Made by a program: the position numbers and the translations under genes. A model generated the notes under the pieces. It saw nothing but the letters and a program-made list of their open reading frames with translations. It made no database searches and was not told the DNA's origin. DNA of 64,000 bases from Candidatus Heimdallarchaeota archaeon (GTDB lineage: Archaea; Asgardarchaeota; Heimdallarchaeia; JABLTI01): the NCBI GenBank assembly GCA_019058275.1, contig JAHLVW010000083.1, positions 35,570-99,569 on the forward strand, in the 5' to 3' direction. Shown here piece by piece: positions 38,969 to 49,675 of the stretch; position 1 is the first letter of the stretch, and each line of letters starts with the position of its first letter.

Positions 38969-41205
38969 AGGTGTCCCTCCAGTTCAAGTTGTGATATCGC
39001 AATTTCTTTGTAGATATCACATGTTTCCATTAATTCATCATGAGTACCTTTGCCCACGATTTTACCTTCTTCTATAACTAGAATTTGTTCAGCATTTCTT
39101 ATAGTAGAAACACGTTGAGTTACCATTAAAACGGTACTTTCTCCAGTTTTTTCTTTGAGAGCTTTTCGAAGTGCAGCATCAGTTTTGAAGTCCAAATTTG
39201 ACATAATATCATCGAAAATAAATATTTGTGGTTTCTTAACTAATGCTCGAGCTATAGAAAGACGTTGTTTTTGTCCGCCTGAAACATTCATTCCACCTTG
39301 GGCGATTTCCCTATCCATACCTTCAAGTACGGTGGAAACGAATTCTGCCGCTTGGGCAATTTCTATTGCTGATTGAAGAGTCTCTTCACTTGCATTTCCA
39401 TCTGCAAAAAGCAAATTACTCTCAATCGTGCCTGAGAATAAAGAACTCTTTTGCGGAACATATCCAATTTTATCACGCAAATCATGCTGAGTAACTTTCC
39501 GTATATCTAAGCCATCAATACGAATGGATCCTGAAGAAATATCATAGAACCTTGGTATTAGATTTATAACTGTTGATTTACCTGAACCCGTGGCTCCTAT
39601 TAATGCAGTAGTTTGGCTTGGATGAGCAGTAAAGCTTATGTTATGCAATGCATTTTTCTTCGCTCCAGGATATTTGAAGGATACATTTTGGAATTCAATA
39701 GTTCCTTTGAATGGTTCAGAAAATATTTTTGGTTCCTCAGGATTTTTAATTTCTGGTTCTGTATACAATACTTCATTGATTCGTCTTCCAGACACTACAG
39801 CTCTAGGTAAAATAATAAACATCATTGTTAACATCAGAAATGCAAACACAATCTGCATAGCATACTGCATAAATGCCATCATATCACCAACTTGCATAAC
39901 ACCATCTGCAACCTGATGAGATCCCACCCAAATAATACCGAGTGTAAGACCATTCAAAATAATCATCATGAATGGCATCAGAATCACCATTAATCTGTTA
40001 AGGAATAGAATAACAGCTGTTAAGTCTGTATTAGCTTTATCAAAACGTTTTTCCTCATATTTTTCCCTGTTGAATGCTCGAACAACCAACATTCCCATTA
40101 AGTTTTCTCGAGCTACAAGATTAATACGATCAATCAAAGATTGCATTTTATTGAATCTTGGAACAGCTACTAGGAAAACTATCAGTATAAGTACCAACAG
40201 TATAAGTACAGCAACTCCAATAAGCCACCACATAGACTGATTTTTATTAAGTGCTCGAATAATTCCTCCAACACCTAAGATAGGTGCATAGAAAACCATT
40301 CTAATAACCATTACAACAACCAACTGTATTTGAGTAACATCGTTAGTAGAACGTGTGATGAGCGAAGCTGTAGAGAATTTATCAAATTCTATATTCGAGA
40401 AACTTTCAACCTTCTGGAATAAATCGCCACGAATATCACGCGCCATTCCTGCTGCTGTTCTAGATGCTAGAAAACTTACTATGACGGTGCATATAACTGA
40501 CAGTAGGGTCATCAAAAGCATCAAACCACCAGATCTAAGAATATACATGCTTTGTATCTTATCTACATCTACACCAATTACATCATATTCCAATCGGACT
40601 GCCATCACAGCAACTTGGTTAATCATTATATCTCCTAATGCTGTAAAGTACTGAGTGATAAAGAATGAAATCAATGAAAGATTAGCATAAGGGAGTGTAC
40701 TTAAATAACTAAAGAAAATATCTTCTGGAGGGAGAGTAGTTACATTGAATCCTAGACCTTCAATAATTTCTGTAGCGTTTTCTGGATTAACAAATATTTG
40801 TTCAAGAGTAAAAATAACAACAATCGGTTCTGCCAGTATTTCATTCAATTGTTTTAATTCCTTATTCTTAACTTTATTTAAAACATAAATCGATTCATTT
40901 ACAAGATAAGGATAAATTTCAATATAATCATCATAATCTGTAGAATTTTCATCTACAAGAGTATAAGCATCAAGAACCGTTGTTTTGTTATCAGGATTTG
41001 TGAAGATAAAGACTCTTTCCAATTCATTTTGACGAATTGCTACAGGAACAGCATATTCTACACCACTTTGTTGTATACCTGTATCAACTATATTGGAAAG
41101 ATAATCTGGTAAAGCTAAATCTAAATTTGCTTGTGCAAATAATAAGCCAATTGATAAGAAAACCATTATCAGATAAGGTTTTGTATATTTTAATAATTTA
41201 ATCAC
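38965..41205 (-). CDS. ABC exporter permease/ATPase subunit (degenerate site) with a large extracellular loop
   Basis: GATGSGKS, VSGGQKQR, degenerate FDDIMS and TQR; overlaps its partner by 4 nt. Confidence 0.95.
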   Translation of the reverse strand: MIKLLKYTKPYLIMVFLSIGLLFAQANLDLALPDYLSNIVDTGIQQSGVEYAVPVAIRQNELERVFIFTNPDNKTTVLDAYTLVDENSTDYDDYIEIYPYLVNESIYVLNKVKNKELKQLNEILAEPIVVIFTLEQIFVNPENATEIIEGLGFNVTTLPPEDIFFSYLSTLPYANLSLISFFITQYFTALGDIMINQVAVMAVRLEYDVIGVDVDKIQSMYILRSGGLMLLMTLLSVICTVIVSFLASRTAAGMARDIRGDLFQKVESFSNIEFDKFSTASLITRSTNDVTQIQLVVVMVIRMVFYAPILGVGGIIRALNKNQSMWWLIGVAVLILLVLILIVFLVAVPRFNKMQSLIDRINLVARENLMGMLVVRAFNREKYEEKRFDKANTDLTAVILFLNRLMVILMPFMMIILNGLTLGIIWVGSHQVADGVMQVGDMMAFMQYAMQIVFAFLMLTMMFIILPRAVVSGRRINEVLYTEPEIKNPEEPKIFSEPFKGTIEFQNVSFKYPGAKKNALHNISFTAHPSQTTALIGATGSGKSTVINLIPRFYDISSGSIRIDGLDIRKVTQHDLRDKIGYVPQKSSLFSGTIESNLLFADGNASEETLQSAIEIAQAAEFVSTVLEGMDREIAQGGMNVSGGQKQRLSIARALVKKPQIFIFDDIMSNLDFKTDAALRKALKEKTGESTVLMVTQRVSTIRNAEQILVIEEGKIVGKGTHDELMETCDIYKEIAISQLELEGHL

Positions 41206-41234
41206 AGTCGTTTTTACTCCTTTATGTAGAATGA

Positions 41235-41780
41235 TTATTCACTCATATTTTCCTCTTCTAAAAATTGGATGTCAAATTTCGTAGCAATTTTTCTGAGAGA
41301 AGTAAGTGTATTCTCAATAACTGCTTGTGTTTCCTTTGGGGCTTCTCTTATTAATAATAAAAGCATTCGAGAGATGCTCTGCATATTTTCCATAATGGAC
41401 TTAATGCACTGCTGGAAAGCTTCTGATTCTTCTAAATTATCAATTTCACCTACCATCTGTACAAATGAAAAGAATTGAGAAAGATTCTTCATCATGTGCT
41501 TCTTCATACATTGCTGGGTCTCTTCGAAAAACTGTTGACCTTGTTCAGTTATCGAATATATTTTCTGAGCACGCCCTTTTTCGATTTTTTCCTTAACAGT
41601 AACTAAGTTTTCATTCTCCATGGATTTTAATGAGTTATAAACTGCTGTTTGACTAGGTTTCCAACCAAATTTTTCATCAATTAAAGAGGTCAATGCATAA
41701 CCATGAAGAGGTCCCTCTCTAACAATTTGCATAAGGATTAAAGAATCAAGCATTTTGGTTGGTGAAAAAATCGGAAACAT
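41235..41780 (-). CDS. PadR-family regulator upstream of the ABC exporter
   Basis: PLHGYAL, VYNSLKSMENENLV, KIYSITEQG. Confidence 0.92.
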   Translation of the reverse strand: MFPIFSPTKMLDSLILMQIVREGPLHGYALTSLIDEKFGWKPSQTAVYNSLKSMENENLVTVKEKIEKGRAQKIYSITEQGQQFFEETQQCMKKHMMKNLSQFFSFVQMVGEIDNLEESEAFQQCIKSIMENMQSISRMLLLLIREAPKETQAVIENTLTSLRKIATKFDIQFLEEENMSE

Positions 41781-41912
41781 AGCGGATATGAAAGTTTTGT
41801 TATATAAAAAAATTGTGATATAATAGGATAATGGAAATAAACAATATATTAGAAGAAACGATTTGATGTTCTTCTATTTACGATAAAAGAAGAATGAGAT
41901 GAGATTAATTAC

Positions 41913-42914
41913 TTATCTCATCATTTCTAAATAGTATTTATTTGGTTTGTAAGTCAAAGGCCATTCAGGCACATTATCTAGAATTTCTTCGATTTGATCT
42001 AATACATCATTTGACAATGTAACTTCAGAAGCTTTTACATTTTCAATGACATGTTCTGGCTTTGATGCACCAATTATTGCTGAGGATATTTCAGGTTTTC
42101 TGAGAATCCATGCTAATGCTAAGTTGCTCATTGATATATCTAAGGATTTTGCAACGTCACATAGTTTCTTCAATTTATCCAGATTTTCTTCCGTTAAACG
42201 TTTAGTGATGCTTTCTGACCGACTACCTCTACTACCTTCAGGTATTCCATCATTATACTTGCCCGTGAGTAAGCCCTGACCCAGTGGAGACCAAACTGTA
42301 AGACCCATACCATGTGTTTTAGCTACAGACATAATTTCGAGCTCAATGTGTCTTGAAATCATATTATATAGGGGTTGTTCAACAATTGGTTTGTGTGCCT
42401 GCAAATCTTTTGCTACAGCATTTACTCTCTCTAGTTGTGCAGCAGTCCAAACGGATGTTCCCCAATAAAGAACTTTACCGGATCGTATTAGATCATCCAA
42501 AATTTCAACAGTTTCCTTTATTGGTGTCATATAATCGTATCTATGCATGTAATAGATGTCTATGTAATCCAAATTTAATCGTTCCAATGTTCCCTCTATA
42601 GCATTTCTAATATTTTTACGACTTAATCCCCAACGATTAATGTCTTCACTCATTGGCCAAAAAACTTTACTTGATATCACCAAATCTTTTCGCTTAACAG
42701 TCTCTTCTGCTAGAAACTCAGCAATTACTTTTTCAGCTTCTCCTCTAGCATAGATTTCTGCTGAATCAATGAAATTTATACCATGCTCTACTGCTGTTGT
42801 CATACATTTCTTTGCAATCTCACTTTCTACGGTTCCTCCATATGTGAGCCATGATCCTAGTGAGATTTCACTAATTTTTAAGCCACTTTTGCCTACTTTT
42901 CTATATTTCAACAA
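41913..42914 (-). CDS. Aldo/keto reductase (Kv-beta-like subfamily)
   Basis: GKSGLKISEISLGSWLT, IDSAEIY, YIDIYYMHR, WSPLGQGLLTGKY. Confidence 0.95.
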   Translation of the reverse strand: MLKYRKVGKSGLKISEISLGSWLTYGGTVESEIAKKCMTTAVEHGINFIDSAEIYARGEAEKVIAEFLAEETVKRKDLVISSKVFWPMSEDINRWGLSRKNIRNAIEGTLERLNLDYIDIYYMHRYDYMTPIKETVEILDDLIRSGKVLYWGTSVWTAAQLERVNAVAKDLQAHKPIVEQPLYNMISRHIELEIMSVAKTHGMGLTVWSPLGQGLLTGKYNDGIPEGSRGSRSESITKRLTEENLDKLKKLCDVAKSLDISMSNLALAWILRKPEISSAIIGASKPEHVIENVKASEVTLSNDVLDQIEEILDNVPEWPLTYKPNKYYLEMMR

Positions 42915-43003
42915 ATCTCCTCCGTTGTAAAAAGTTCAGATGTTTAGTAAACATAAAGTAGACAACCATTTTAATAACATGGTTAATAAAGATAGAAATT
43001 TGA

Positions 43004-44287
43004 GTGATTTTTCTTTCAAAACTTTTGTTTTTTTCAGTTTTAGAATTAAATTTTGTTTTTTCATCAATGATATCTTTTTATAGAGCTTTGAACTCATTAG
43101 ATATAGGAGATAGTTATATGAAAGTCCTTTACGGGATTAACACGAATGGCCAAGGTCATATTAATCGTTCCAGTGTTGTTATTTCCCAGTTGATGAAAGA
43201 TGGACATGATGTTCATGTGTTATTGTCAGGTAAAATACCACCGATATATGCATATGATATAAGTCCCATAGTCTTTTACAGATCAGGACCCATTGACTTC
43301 TATAAAGATAATAAGATGCTAATAAGCAAATCACTTAGAACCAACTTTGGAAAATATAATGAATTTGCTAAAATTGTAAAAGAAATGGTAGAATTAGATA
43401 GAAAAGAAAATTTTGATTTTATAATTTCCGATTTTGAACGAACTTCATCTTTAGTAGGCAAACGTCTAAATAAACCAGTTATTGTTATTGATCGACAGCA
43501 TTCACTACTTCATCCGTCTGTCGTTGAAGCTCCTAAGAAAAATTATGAAATGTGGGCTGTTAAATTGGCTTTTAGCATGATTAATCCTTATTACTATCAT
43601 ATCTATGTCCTTGATTATTGTTATACTATTGATACCCAAGATGACATTACCCTCTTTCCTTTAATTTGGAAGCCAGAACTTGAGAACTATAAGATAAGAA
43701 CAAGCAATCATATTGTTGTCTATTTGCCTAGAAGTGAACCTAATGAACTAATTGATATTTTTACTAAATTCCCAAAAGAAACATTTTACGTTTATGGATT
43801 CAATGTAGAAAAACAAATCAATAATGTTCATTTGAAATTAACAAGCAGAGAAGGGTTCTTAGAAGACCTTACTTCATGCAAAGCAATTATTGGAAATGCA
43901 GGTTTCAATCTTACATGGGAAGCTTGCTTACTAAATAAGCTAATTTGGACAATTCCTCATTCTAATCAATATGAGCAATTAGCTAATGCTTTTAGATTGC
44001 AAAAACTGAATCAATCGTTTGTTTCCAATGATTTTACTGAAATAGATCTCAAGAATTTTCTAGAATGGGCTAAAAGAAATGATTATCACTCAGAGAATAA
44101 CTTACCTATTTTAACAGCATCTGATTTACTTACTCTTGTGTATGAAGATTTAGAAAATTATGAATCAGAGAATTTCCTAACACCAAGACAAATTAGACAA
44201 AATATAAAGTATGATGTAAATCGTTGGCGTTTAAGGAAAGAAATTAGAAAGGAAATTCAAGTGAACACTTCCTACCTCGAGTATTAA
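43004..44287 (+). CDS. MJ1255/VC2487-like GT-B glycosyltransferase (likely start ATG 43118)
   Basis: MKVLYGINTNGQGHINRS, IISDFE, IGNAGF, QYEQLANA. Confidence 0.88.
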   Translation: MIFLSKLLFFSVLELNFVFSSMISFYRALNSLDIGDSYMKVLYGINTNGQGHINRSSVVISQLMKDGHDVHVLLSGKIPPIYAYDISPIVFYRSGPIDFYKDNKMLISKSLRTNFGKYNEFAKIVKEMVELDRKENFDFIISDFERTSSLVGKRLNKPVIVIDRQHSLLHPSVVEAPKKNYEMWAVKLAFSMINPYYYHIYVLDYCYTIDTQDDITLFPLIWKPELENYKIRTSNHIVVYLPRSEPNELIDIFTKFPKETFYVYGFNVEKQINNVHLKLTSREGFLEDLTSCKAIIGNAGFNLTWEACLLNKLIWTIPHSNQYEQLANAFRLQKLNQSFVSNDFTEIDLKNFLEWAKRNDYHSENNLPILTASDLLTLVYEDLENYESENFLTPRQIRQNIKYDVNRWRLRKEIRKEIQVNTSYLEY

Positions 44288-44292
44288 TAGTT

Positions 44293-45444
44293 TTATCGCA
44301 ATAAATGCTGATTTCCTATTGATATATTTTTGAGCCCTTTCTCAATTGCTGCTTTGAAACATCTGTCAGCATGCTTTTTTGATGTTGTAGGAAGGTCATC
44401 AATAGCAAATGAAGGATAGAAAGCTAATAAGGAATAAGGAATTGATTCATCTATAGATACTAGATATTCTGCTATTTTTGCAACTTGATCAACATCAACG
44501 TATCCAGGAATTAATAATGTGCTAGCTACTAGCAGAGGTGTTTCTGGTCTTTCATTTATTCGCTTGCCAATTTCCTTGAGATTAAAAAGTGTAAATTTAT
44601 TGCTTGAACCACATAATGCTAGATTTAATTCATCATCAAATGTTTTAACATCAATCTTTATTAAACCACCAGTTTTCAGAGCAATTTCAGTTGTTTTGCG
44701 CATTAATTCAGGTTTTGCAGAACCATTTGTTTCCCAACAAACCCGTAAAATCCTATCCTCCTTTTGAGCTTTCTCTATAGACAACTCTCCCACCTTATTT
44801 GAGTGGCGTATTTGTGCTGCAGGATCACCACCAAAGAAACAAATACAACTAGTATTTTTCCGAACAGCATTAATTAGTAGCTTAGGTGATGTGGGGCTAG
44901 ATACATGCACCCCATTTCTATATTGATAATTTTGACAGAATAAACAATCAAATGTACATGCTTGATAAAAAACTGCTAAATTATTCCAACCAATTTCAGC
45001 TCCAGCTACATAGGAATATTTAGGATAACCATTTGAAGAACATCCAGGACAAAATGGGGCAGCAACACAGTTTGTTGGCAAGGAATCATAATAAAAACTA
45101 AATAAACCATTTTTCTCATCACCAGCAATTCTTACAAGTTTACCTTTGATATTCTTAACTAAATTACAAAAACCAATTTCATCTGAACCTAATACACAGT
45201 TGTTTACACAATCGCCACAGGTTAACCCATTCTTAGTTTTAGGTGGTTTAATTGGCAGCGAATAATTCATTCGATAAGTTTTTCTTATAATAGAGATTAT
45301 CTCTGATGCATTTGTATAATCGGTTAAAACACACTCTCTGCAAACTCCAAGCTTCTCAGAAATATCTTCTGATTCTTTACCGCAAAGTTTGCATTTCTTT
45401 TGATGAAGATTCCTGTTGATAAATCTCATCGTACACACTTTCAA
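44293..45444 (-). CDS. Radical SAM protein, PFL-activase/AmmeMemoRadiSam-like, with N-terminal Zn/Cys clusters
   Basis: CKLC..CREC, PTNCVA, CTFDCLFCQN, FFGGDP, CWETNG. Confidence 0.88.
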   Translation of the reverse strand: MKVCTMRFINRNLHQKKCKLCGKESEDISEKLGVCRECVLTDYTNASEIISIIRKTYRMNYSLPIKPPKTKNGLTCGDCVNNCVLGSDEIGFCNLVKNIKGKLVRIAGDEKNGLFSFYYDSLPTNCVAAPFCPGCSSNGYPKYSYVAGAEIGWNNLAVFYQACTFDCLFCQNYQYRNGVHVSSPTSPKLLINAVRKNTSCICFFGGDPAAQIRHSNKVGELSIEKAQKEDRILRVCWETNGSAKPELMRKTTEIALKTGGLIKIDVKTFDDELNLALCGSSNKFTLFNLKEIGKRINERPETPLLVASTLLIPGYVDVDQVAKIAEYLVSIDESIPYSLLAFYPSFAIDDLPTTSKKHADRCFKAAIEKGLKNISIGNQHLLR

Positions 45445-45487
45445 AATATATGTGGAGGATTAAGATTATTTATTTTTTCGAGTAAAA

Positions 45488-45922
45488 TTAAAGATTAGCT
45501 GGTGGAGCTGGTTCTTCGTTAAAAGGTGTTAAATCATCGGAAAATTCCATTAGCTCTTGAAAGTTCAAATATCTATTAAAACAGAGATTAAAAACCTCAA
45601 GTTTTAGTTTATCTGGTTGATCTTTATACACGCTAGCAAGGTTGAATATCTTAGCAGATAGAATAGCATCACCTAAGACGTAATGAATCCATAATGCCAA
45701 ATCACATTCAAGTTCAGCTTTTACCTCACGACACAAGTATGGAAAAATATCCTCTGCTTTAATTGTTGATAAATTATCTACAAGATCTCTTAAGCTATGG
45801 ATTTTTGCAAGAAGCTTGCCTGATTTATCTTTAACTACAAAGGCATCTTCTTCATTTGGTGTCCCATTTGCCATCTTTGCTAAAACATGAAGATCTGTCA
45901 CTTCAGCCATTTTTTCATTCAA
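45488..45922 (-). CDS. Hypothetical protein, DUF5752-like
   Basis: AFVVK...HSLRDL...DLALWIHYVLGDAILSAKI pattern. Confidence 0.5.
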   Translation of the reverse strand: MNEKMAEVTDLHVLAKMANGTPNEEDAFVVKDKSGKLLAKIHSLRDLVDNLSTIKAEDIFPYLCREVKAELECDLALWIHYVLGDAILSAKIFNLASVYKDQPDKLKLEVFNLCFNRYLNFQELMEFSDDLTPFNEEPAPPANL

Positions 45923-46050
45923 ACCTTTTCACTGTGTATTTCAAGAACTCAAATGATTATCTGTTTCTATGAAAACTAAAAAGCAACTAATAACACTTTC
46001 CATATTGGTAAATACAAAAGATAAAAGAAAATAAGATGGAGAAGAACCAT

Positions 46051-46992
46051 CTAAGCTAATCCTAATTGCCATTCAACAATTGTCCAGATTGACACTAGAA
46101 CTAAGACTGTTGCAAAGGTAATTTTTAGTGGATCAGCTTTTATCTTTCTAGCTATTCTTGCTCCAATTTGAGCTCCTACAACAATGCCTATCGCTAAACC
46201 AGCAACATAAGACCACCAAATACCTGCAGTTTCTGTTTCAGTAGTATATGCAGTTATTACTGTAGTAGATTTTGTGAAAATCATGATAAACACAGAGGTA
46301 GCAGCAGAAAAGTGTATTGGTAAACCAATGAAGATATGTAAAACTGGAACCATAATAATACCTCCACCTACACCTGCCATACTGGCTACAAAACCTCCAA
46401 CAATCGCTATGGGTGTAAGATATAATCTTGCTTTGTATTGCCAGTTTTTATTGCTTCTGTCATCAAAATTCCTTTCTAGTGTAAGCTTGTCAAGTAGGAG
46501 TTTAAATCGTGATGGTTCATCTTCAATGGTTTTTTCATTGTTGCCATTTTCATTTTTGGAATCTTCAAGTTGGTTTTCCTGTTTTTCCTGTCTTTTAGTG
46601 GAAATTACTTTGAAAGTCATTCTAGCAGCTGTTAATACAAGTAGTATTGCAAAGAAGATTAGCACAGTTGTTTCATCAATCTTGTTTTGAGCAAATTTCC
46701 CAAAGTATGCACCTGCAATAGTAAAAGGAGCACAAAGTAACGCTACAATATAATCAATCCTTTTTTGTATTACAAAGGCAATTGTCCCAGAAATGGCAGT
46801 AAATATTATAACTGTACTTGAAATAGTAGTAGCATATTTTATGCTATCAAATAATGGTTCCGAGAATGCGAAAATACCAAGAAAGAGAATTGGTACCATT
46901 AAAACTCCTCCGCCAAGTCCGGTTATAGCAGCAAATATTCCTACTGCTAAACCAATTGGAATTAAGATAAAGAAAATTGACAATGGTTCCAT
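46051..46992 (-). CDS. TauE/SafE (TSUP) family exporter
   Basis: Duplicated GLGGGVLMVP and GVGGGIIMVP; GAQIGAR. Confidence 0.93.
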   Translation of the reverse strand: MEPLSIFFILIPIGLAVGIFAAITGLGGGVLMVPILFLGIFAFSEPLFDSIKYATTISSTVIIFTAISGTIAFVIQKRIDYIVALLCAPFTIAGAYFGKFAQNKIDETTVLIFFAILLVLTAARMTFKVISTKRQEKQENQLEDSKNENGNNEKTIEDEPSRFKLLLDKLTLERNFDDRSNKNWQYKARLYLTPIAIVGGFVASMAGVGGGIIMVPVLHIFIGLPIHFSAATSVFIMIFTKSTTVITAYTTETETAGIWWSYVAGLAIGIVVGAQIGARIARKIKADPLKITFATVLVLVSIWTIVEWQLGLA

Positions 46993-47076
46993 TAAGACTA
47001 CTCCTGTGTTAACATCTGTATGTGAAGAAAACTGAAAAGATAAAATTCTTGTGGTTAGTAAGAATTATTCTAGGTT

Positions 47077-47565
47077 TCATTTTAAAGTTGTCTGATATGG
47101 TAAAACTACAGCTTTTGAGCAATTTGGACATTTATATCTTCTGAATAATTGTTCTTTCACTTCAGGATTTTGTTCAAAAAATAAAAGAATGTTTTCTTTA
47201 TCCTCTTCTGAAATTCGTTTTCCTTTCACAAGTGAAAGTAATGTTGGTTCAGCAGTTTCTCGACTAATTAGGAAATCTCCTTGATCTTTCATGAAATCTT
47301 TGTATTTAATCTCCATCCTCATCGGCATTTTACAATCTTGACAGAAAGGTATTTGCTCTTGGGAACCTTTATCTTCAATGAGTTTTTTGAACGTTCTTTC
47401 ATTGAATTCGGAACTCCTACCTGCCTGATTGCTACTCCTAATATATCGCCACATAAACCAAATTAAAAGTCCTGCTACAACAACACCTAATGCTGGTAAT
47501 AACCAATTCAAAACATCTTGTAAAGTTATCTCATTCAAAAGTACAACAGGTGTTTTTGGTATCAA
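47077..47565 (-). CDS. Single-TM membrane protein with split CxxC...CxxC zinc ligands
   Basis: TM WLLPALGVVVAGLLIWFMW; CQDC and CPNC. Confidence 0.65.
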   Translation of the reverse strand: MIPKTPVVLLNEITLQDVLNWLLPALGVVVAGLLIWFMWRYIRSSNQAGRSSEFNERTFKKLIEDKGSQEQIPFCQDCKMPMRMEIKYKDFMKDQGDFLISRETAEPTLLSLVKGKRISEEDKENILLFFEQNPEVKEQLFRRYKCPNCSKAVVLPYQTTLK

Positions 47566-47656
47566 ATAATTTCCAACCTAATAGGATCAAATTGCAATTA
47601 GTAGTTAAAGAACTACAATCTTAATTAGGTTTGCTTTACTTAAAAATATTCAAGAA

Positions 47657-48313
47657 TTACTTTACTTTGAGATTCTGATAATAATTACATAAATTCTGGA
47701 GAAAACATTTAGAACAAAGCGGTTTTATTGCTTTGCAGATTTTTCTACCATGTTCAATTAGATTTATGTGAAGACTGTATTTATCTTTTGAAGGGATAAT
47801 ATCTTTCATTTCTTCTTGAGTTTTCTCTCTGCTTTTTGTAGAAACGATTCCTAATCTATTACTCAATCGGTTAATGTGTGTGTCTACTGGCATAATGGGA
47901 AAATTGAATGAAAAAATAAGGACACAAGCAGCAGTCTTAGGTCCAACACCATTTAGTGATAGTAGGTATTCCTCTGCTTCTTTCAATTCCATCTCGGATA
48001 AAAACTCTAAATCGATTTTCCCTTCTCTCTTCTTTATCTCCATTAAGCTCTTTTTAATTTTTTTAGCCTTTACGTTTGCTAATCCACCTGATCTGATTAA
48101 TTCCACTACCTCTGCTTCATCAGCATCTAATAGTTCATCCCAATTGTTGTAGTGGTCCACTAAGTTTGCATAGGTTCTCAAACTATTCTTGTCAGTAGTA
48201 TTTTGGGACAGAATTGTTCGAACTAGTTCACCTACTGGTTCCCGCCACCTAGACCACTCTTTTACTCCATAATAATCATTGAGTTTAGTAATTATCGAAT
48301 TTACTTTATCCAT
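47657..48313 (-). CDS. nth: Endonuclease III
   Basis: ILSQNTTD, HhH LNGVGPKTA, PVDTH, CKAIKPLCSKCFLQNLC [4Fe-4S] motif. Confidence 0.95.
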   Translation of the reverse strand: MDKVNSIITKLNDYYGVKEWSRWREPVGELVRTILSQNTTDKNSLRTYANLVDHYNNWDELLDADEAEVVELIRSGGLANVKAKKIKKSLMEIKKREGKIDLEFLSEMELKEAEEYLLSLNGVGPKTAACVLIFSFNFPIMPVDTHINRLSNRLGIVSTKSREKTQEEMKDIIPSKDKYSLHINLIEHGRKICKAIKPLCSKCFLQNLCNYYQNLKVK

Positions 48314-48355
48314 TTAACACACAACTAAAATCTTGATTTGCAATTTGCCCAAGTT

Positions 48356-49126
48356 TTACTTTTCTGATTTATTTGGTAGAAATGTACTAAAATACATACA
48401 TTCACTTGGTGGGATTGACATTGTTTCTGTTAAATCTTCCTCACTCAAGATTATTGGTGCATTTCTTATTAAAACAAGTGGAACTTTTTCATCAACTTCT
48501 CCAGACAAAATTTCAGCAGCTGACATTAAATTATCAGCAATTGCTCTTCTAGTCATCTTCATTTCTCTACCGGAAAGGTCCTTTCTACCTCGATCATCAA
48601 TAACTGGAACAAAACCAGCAACACCAAGAGCTAGACCACTTGTACCTCTTCTTAACGGTTGAACACGACTATCGCCTATAATAACCCCTATTCTGCATTG
48701 GTATTTTTCTTGTAGAAAATATTGAATGTCTCGAGCAATTTTAGTAGGATTTGTTGGTAAAATAATTATTGTTCCTTGAGGAGCATTACTTTGATCTGCA
48801 CCAGCATTTGGCATGAAATAATCATTACATCTAGTTAGTAGTGCTCCAAAACACGCTCCTAATACTTCATCTGATTCTCTAATAGCAACTTCCATGAATT
48901 CAGGACTTAGCTTTGTTATTTCAGCATATTTTTTAGCTTCTTCTGAAACAATGATTTCATCTTTGTTTATTAGTAATCCTTGTGTTATACTAACAATCTT
49001 TGATGCTATCGTTAATACATCACCATCATGTAGTGTTACCTTAGCTTTTTCTAACGCTTTTGTTATTACTTCAAGTAATTCATCATTGGATTTAACTAAT
49101 GGGGTGCTGATAGGTATTAATTGCAA
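48356..49126 (-). CDS. cofE: Coenzyme F420-0:L-glutamate ligase
   Basis: GDVLTIASKIVS, NAGADQSN, GVIIGDS, DLSGREM, ADNL. Confidence 0.92.
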   Translation of the reverse strand: MQLIPISTPLVKSNDELLEVITKALEKAKVTLHDGDVLTIASKIVSITQGLLINKDEIIVSEEAKKYAEITKLSPEFMEVAIRESDEVLGACFGALLTRCNDYFMPNAGADQSNAPQGTIIILPTNPTKIARDIQYFLQEKYQCRIGVIIGDSRVQPLRRGTSGLALGVAGFVPVIDDRGRKDLSGREMKMTRRAIADNLMSAAEILSGEVDEKVPLVLIRNAPIILSEEDLTETMSIPPSECMYFSTFLPNKSEK

Positions 49127-49208
49127 ATTATTAAGCTCCTTATTTTCTATCTTGGATTTTATTGTGGTTTGTTAACATGATTGTTTTCTCATTTTTATTA
49201 TAAAAAAT

Positions 49209-49664
49209 TCATTCAAAATATATTGCACTTGATCCTGGGGTTTCTTCTACACTTACTCTAATCTTAAATTGTGGCCAGAGTTTCTTGAGTTTGTTATGAA
49301 AATACTTAGCCATTTCTTCTGCGGTTGTTGCTGGAGTTGGTATTAGTATTACATCTTCCTTAGGAATTAAGTATCGCTTATCGCATGTAGTTATCTCTAT
49401 TGAGTCTTCTATTTCCTCAATTAATAACCCCTCTGCTTTCGAAGGAATTAGAACTTTATGAGCCAAGGGTTTCGTTAATTTTCTTAATTCTTCCTTTATA
49501 ATACCATAATCAAGAACCATATGTTGTTCATCCAATTTACCAATAATTTTTACTTTTAGAAAGTAGTTATGACCATGCATCCTACCACATTTATCATGAC
49601 CAATGATGAAATGAGCAGATGCAAAACCTATTCGGGGGTCTGCAAAATCAATTTCAAATGGCAT
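49209..49664 (-). CDS. queD: 6-carboxytetrahydropterin synthase (PTPS-I)
   Basis: FASAHF, CGRMHGHNY, TAEEMA, VEET; located downstream of arcS/raSEA. Confidence 0.85.
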   Translation of the reverse strand: MPFEIDFADPRIGFASAHFIIGHDKCGRMHGHNYFLKVKIIGKLDEQHMVLDYGIIKEELRKLTKPLAHKVLIPSKAEGLLIEEIEDSIEITTCDKRYLIPKEDVILIPTPATTAEEMAKYFHNKLKKLWPQFKIRVSVEETPGSSAIYFE

Positions 49665-49675
49665 TTTTCTCTATC

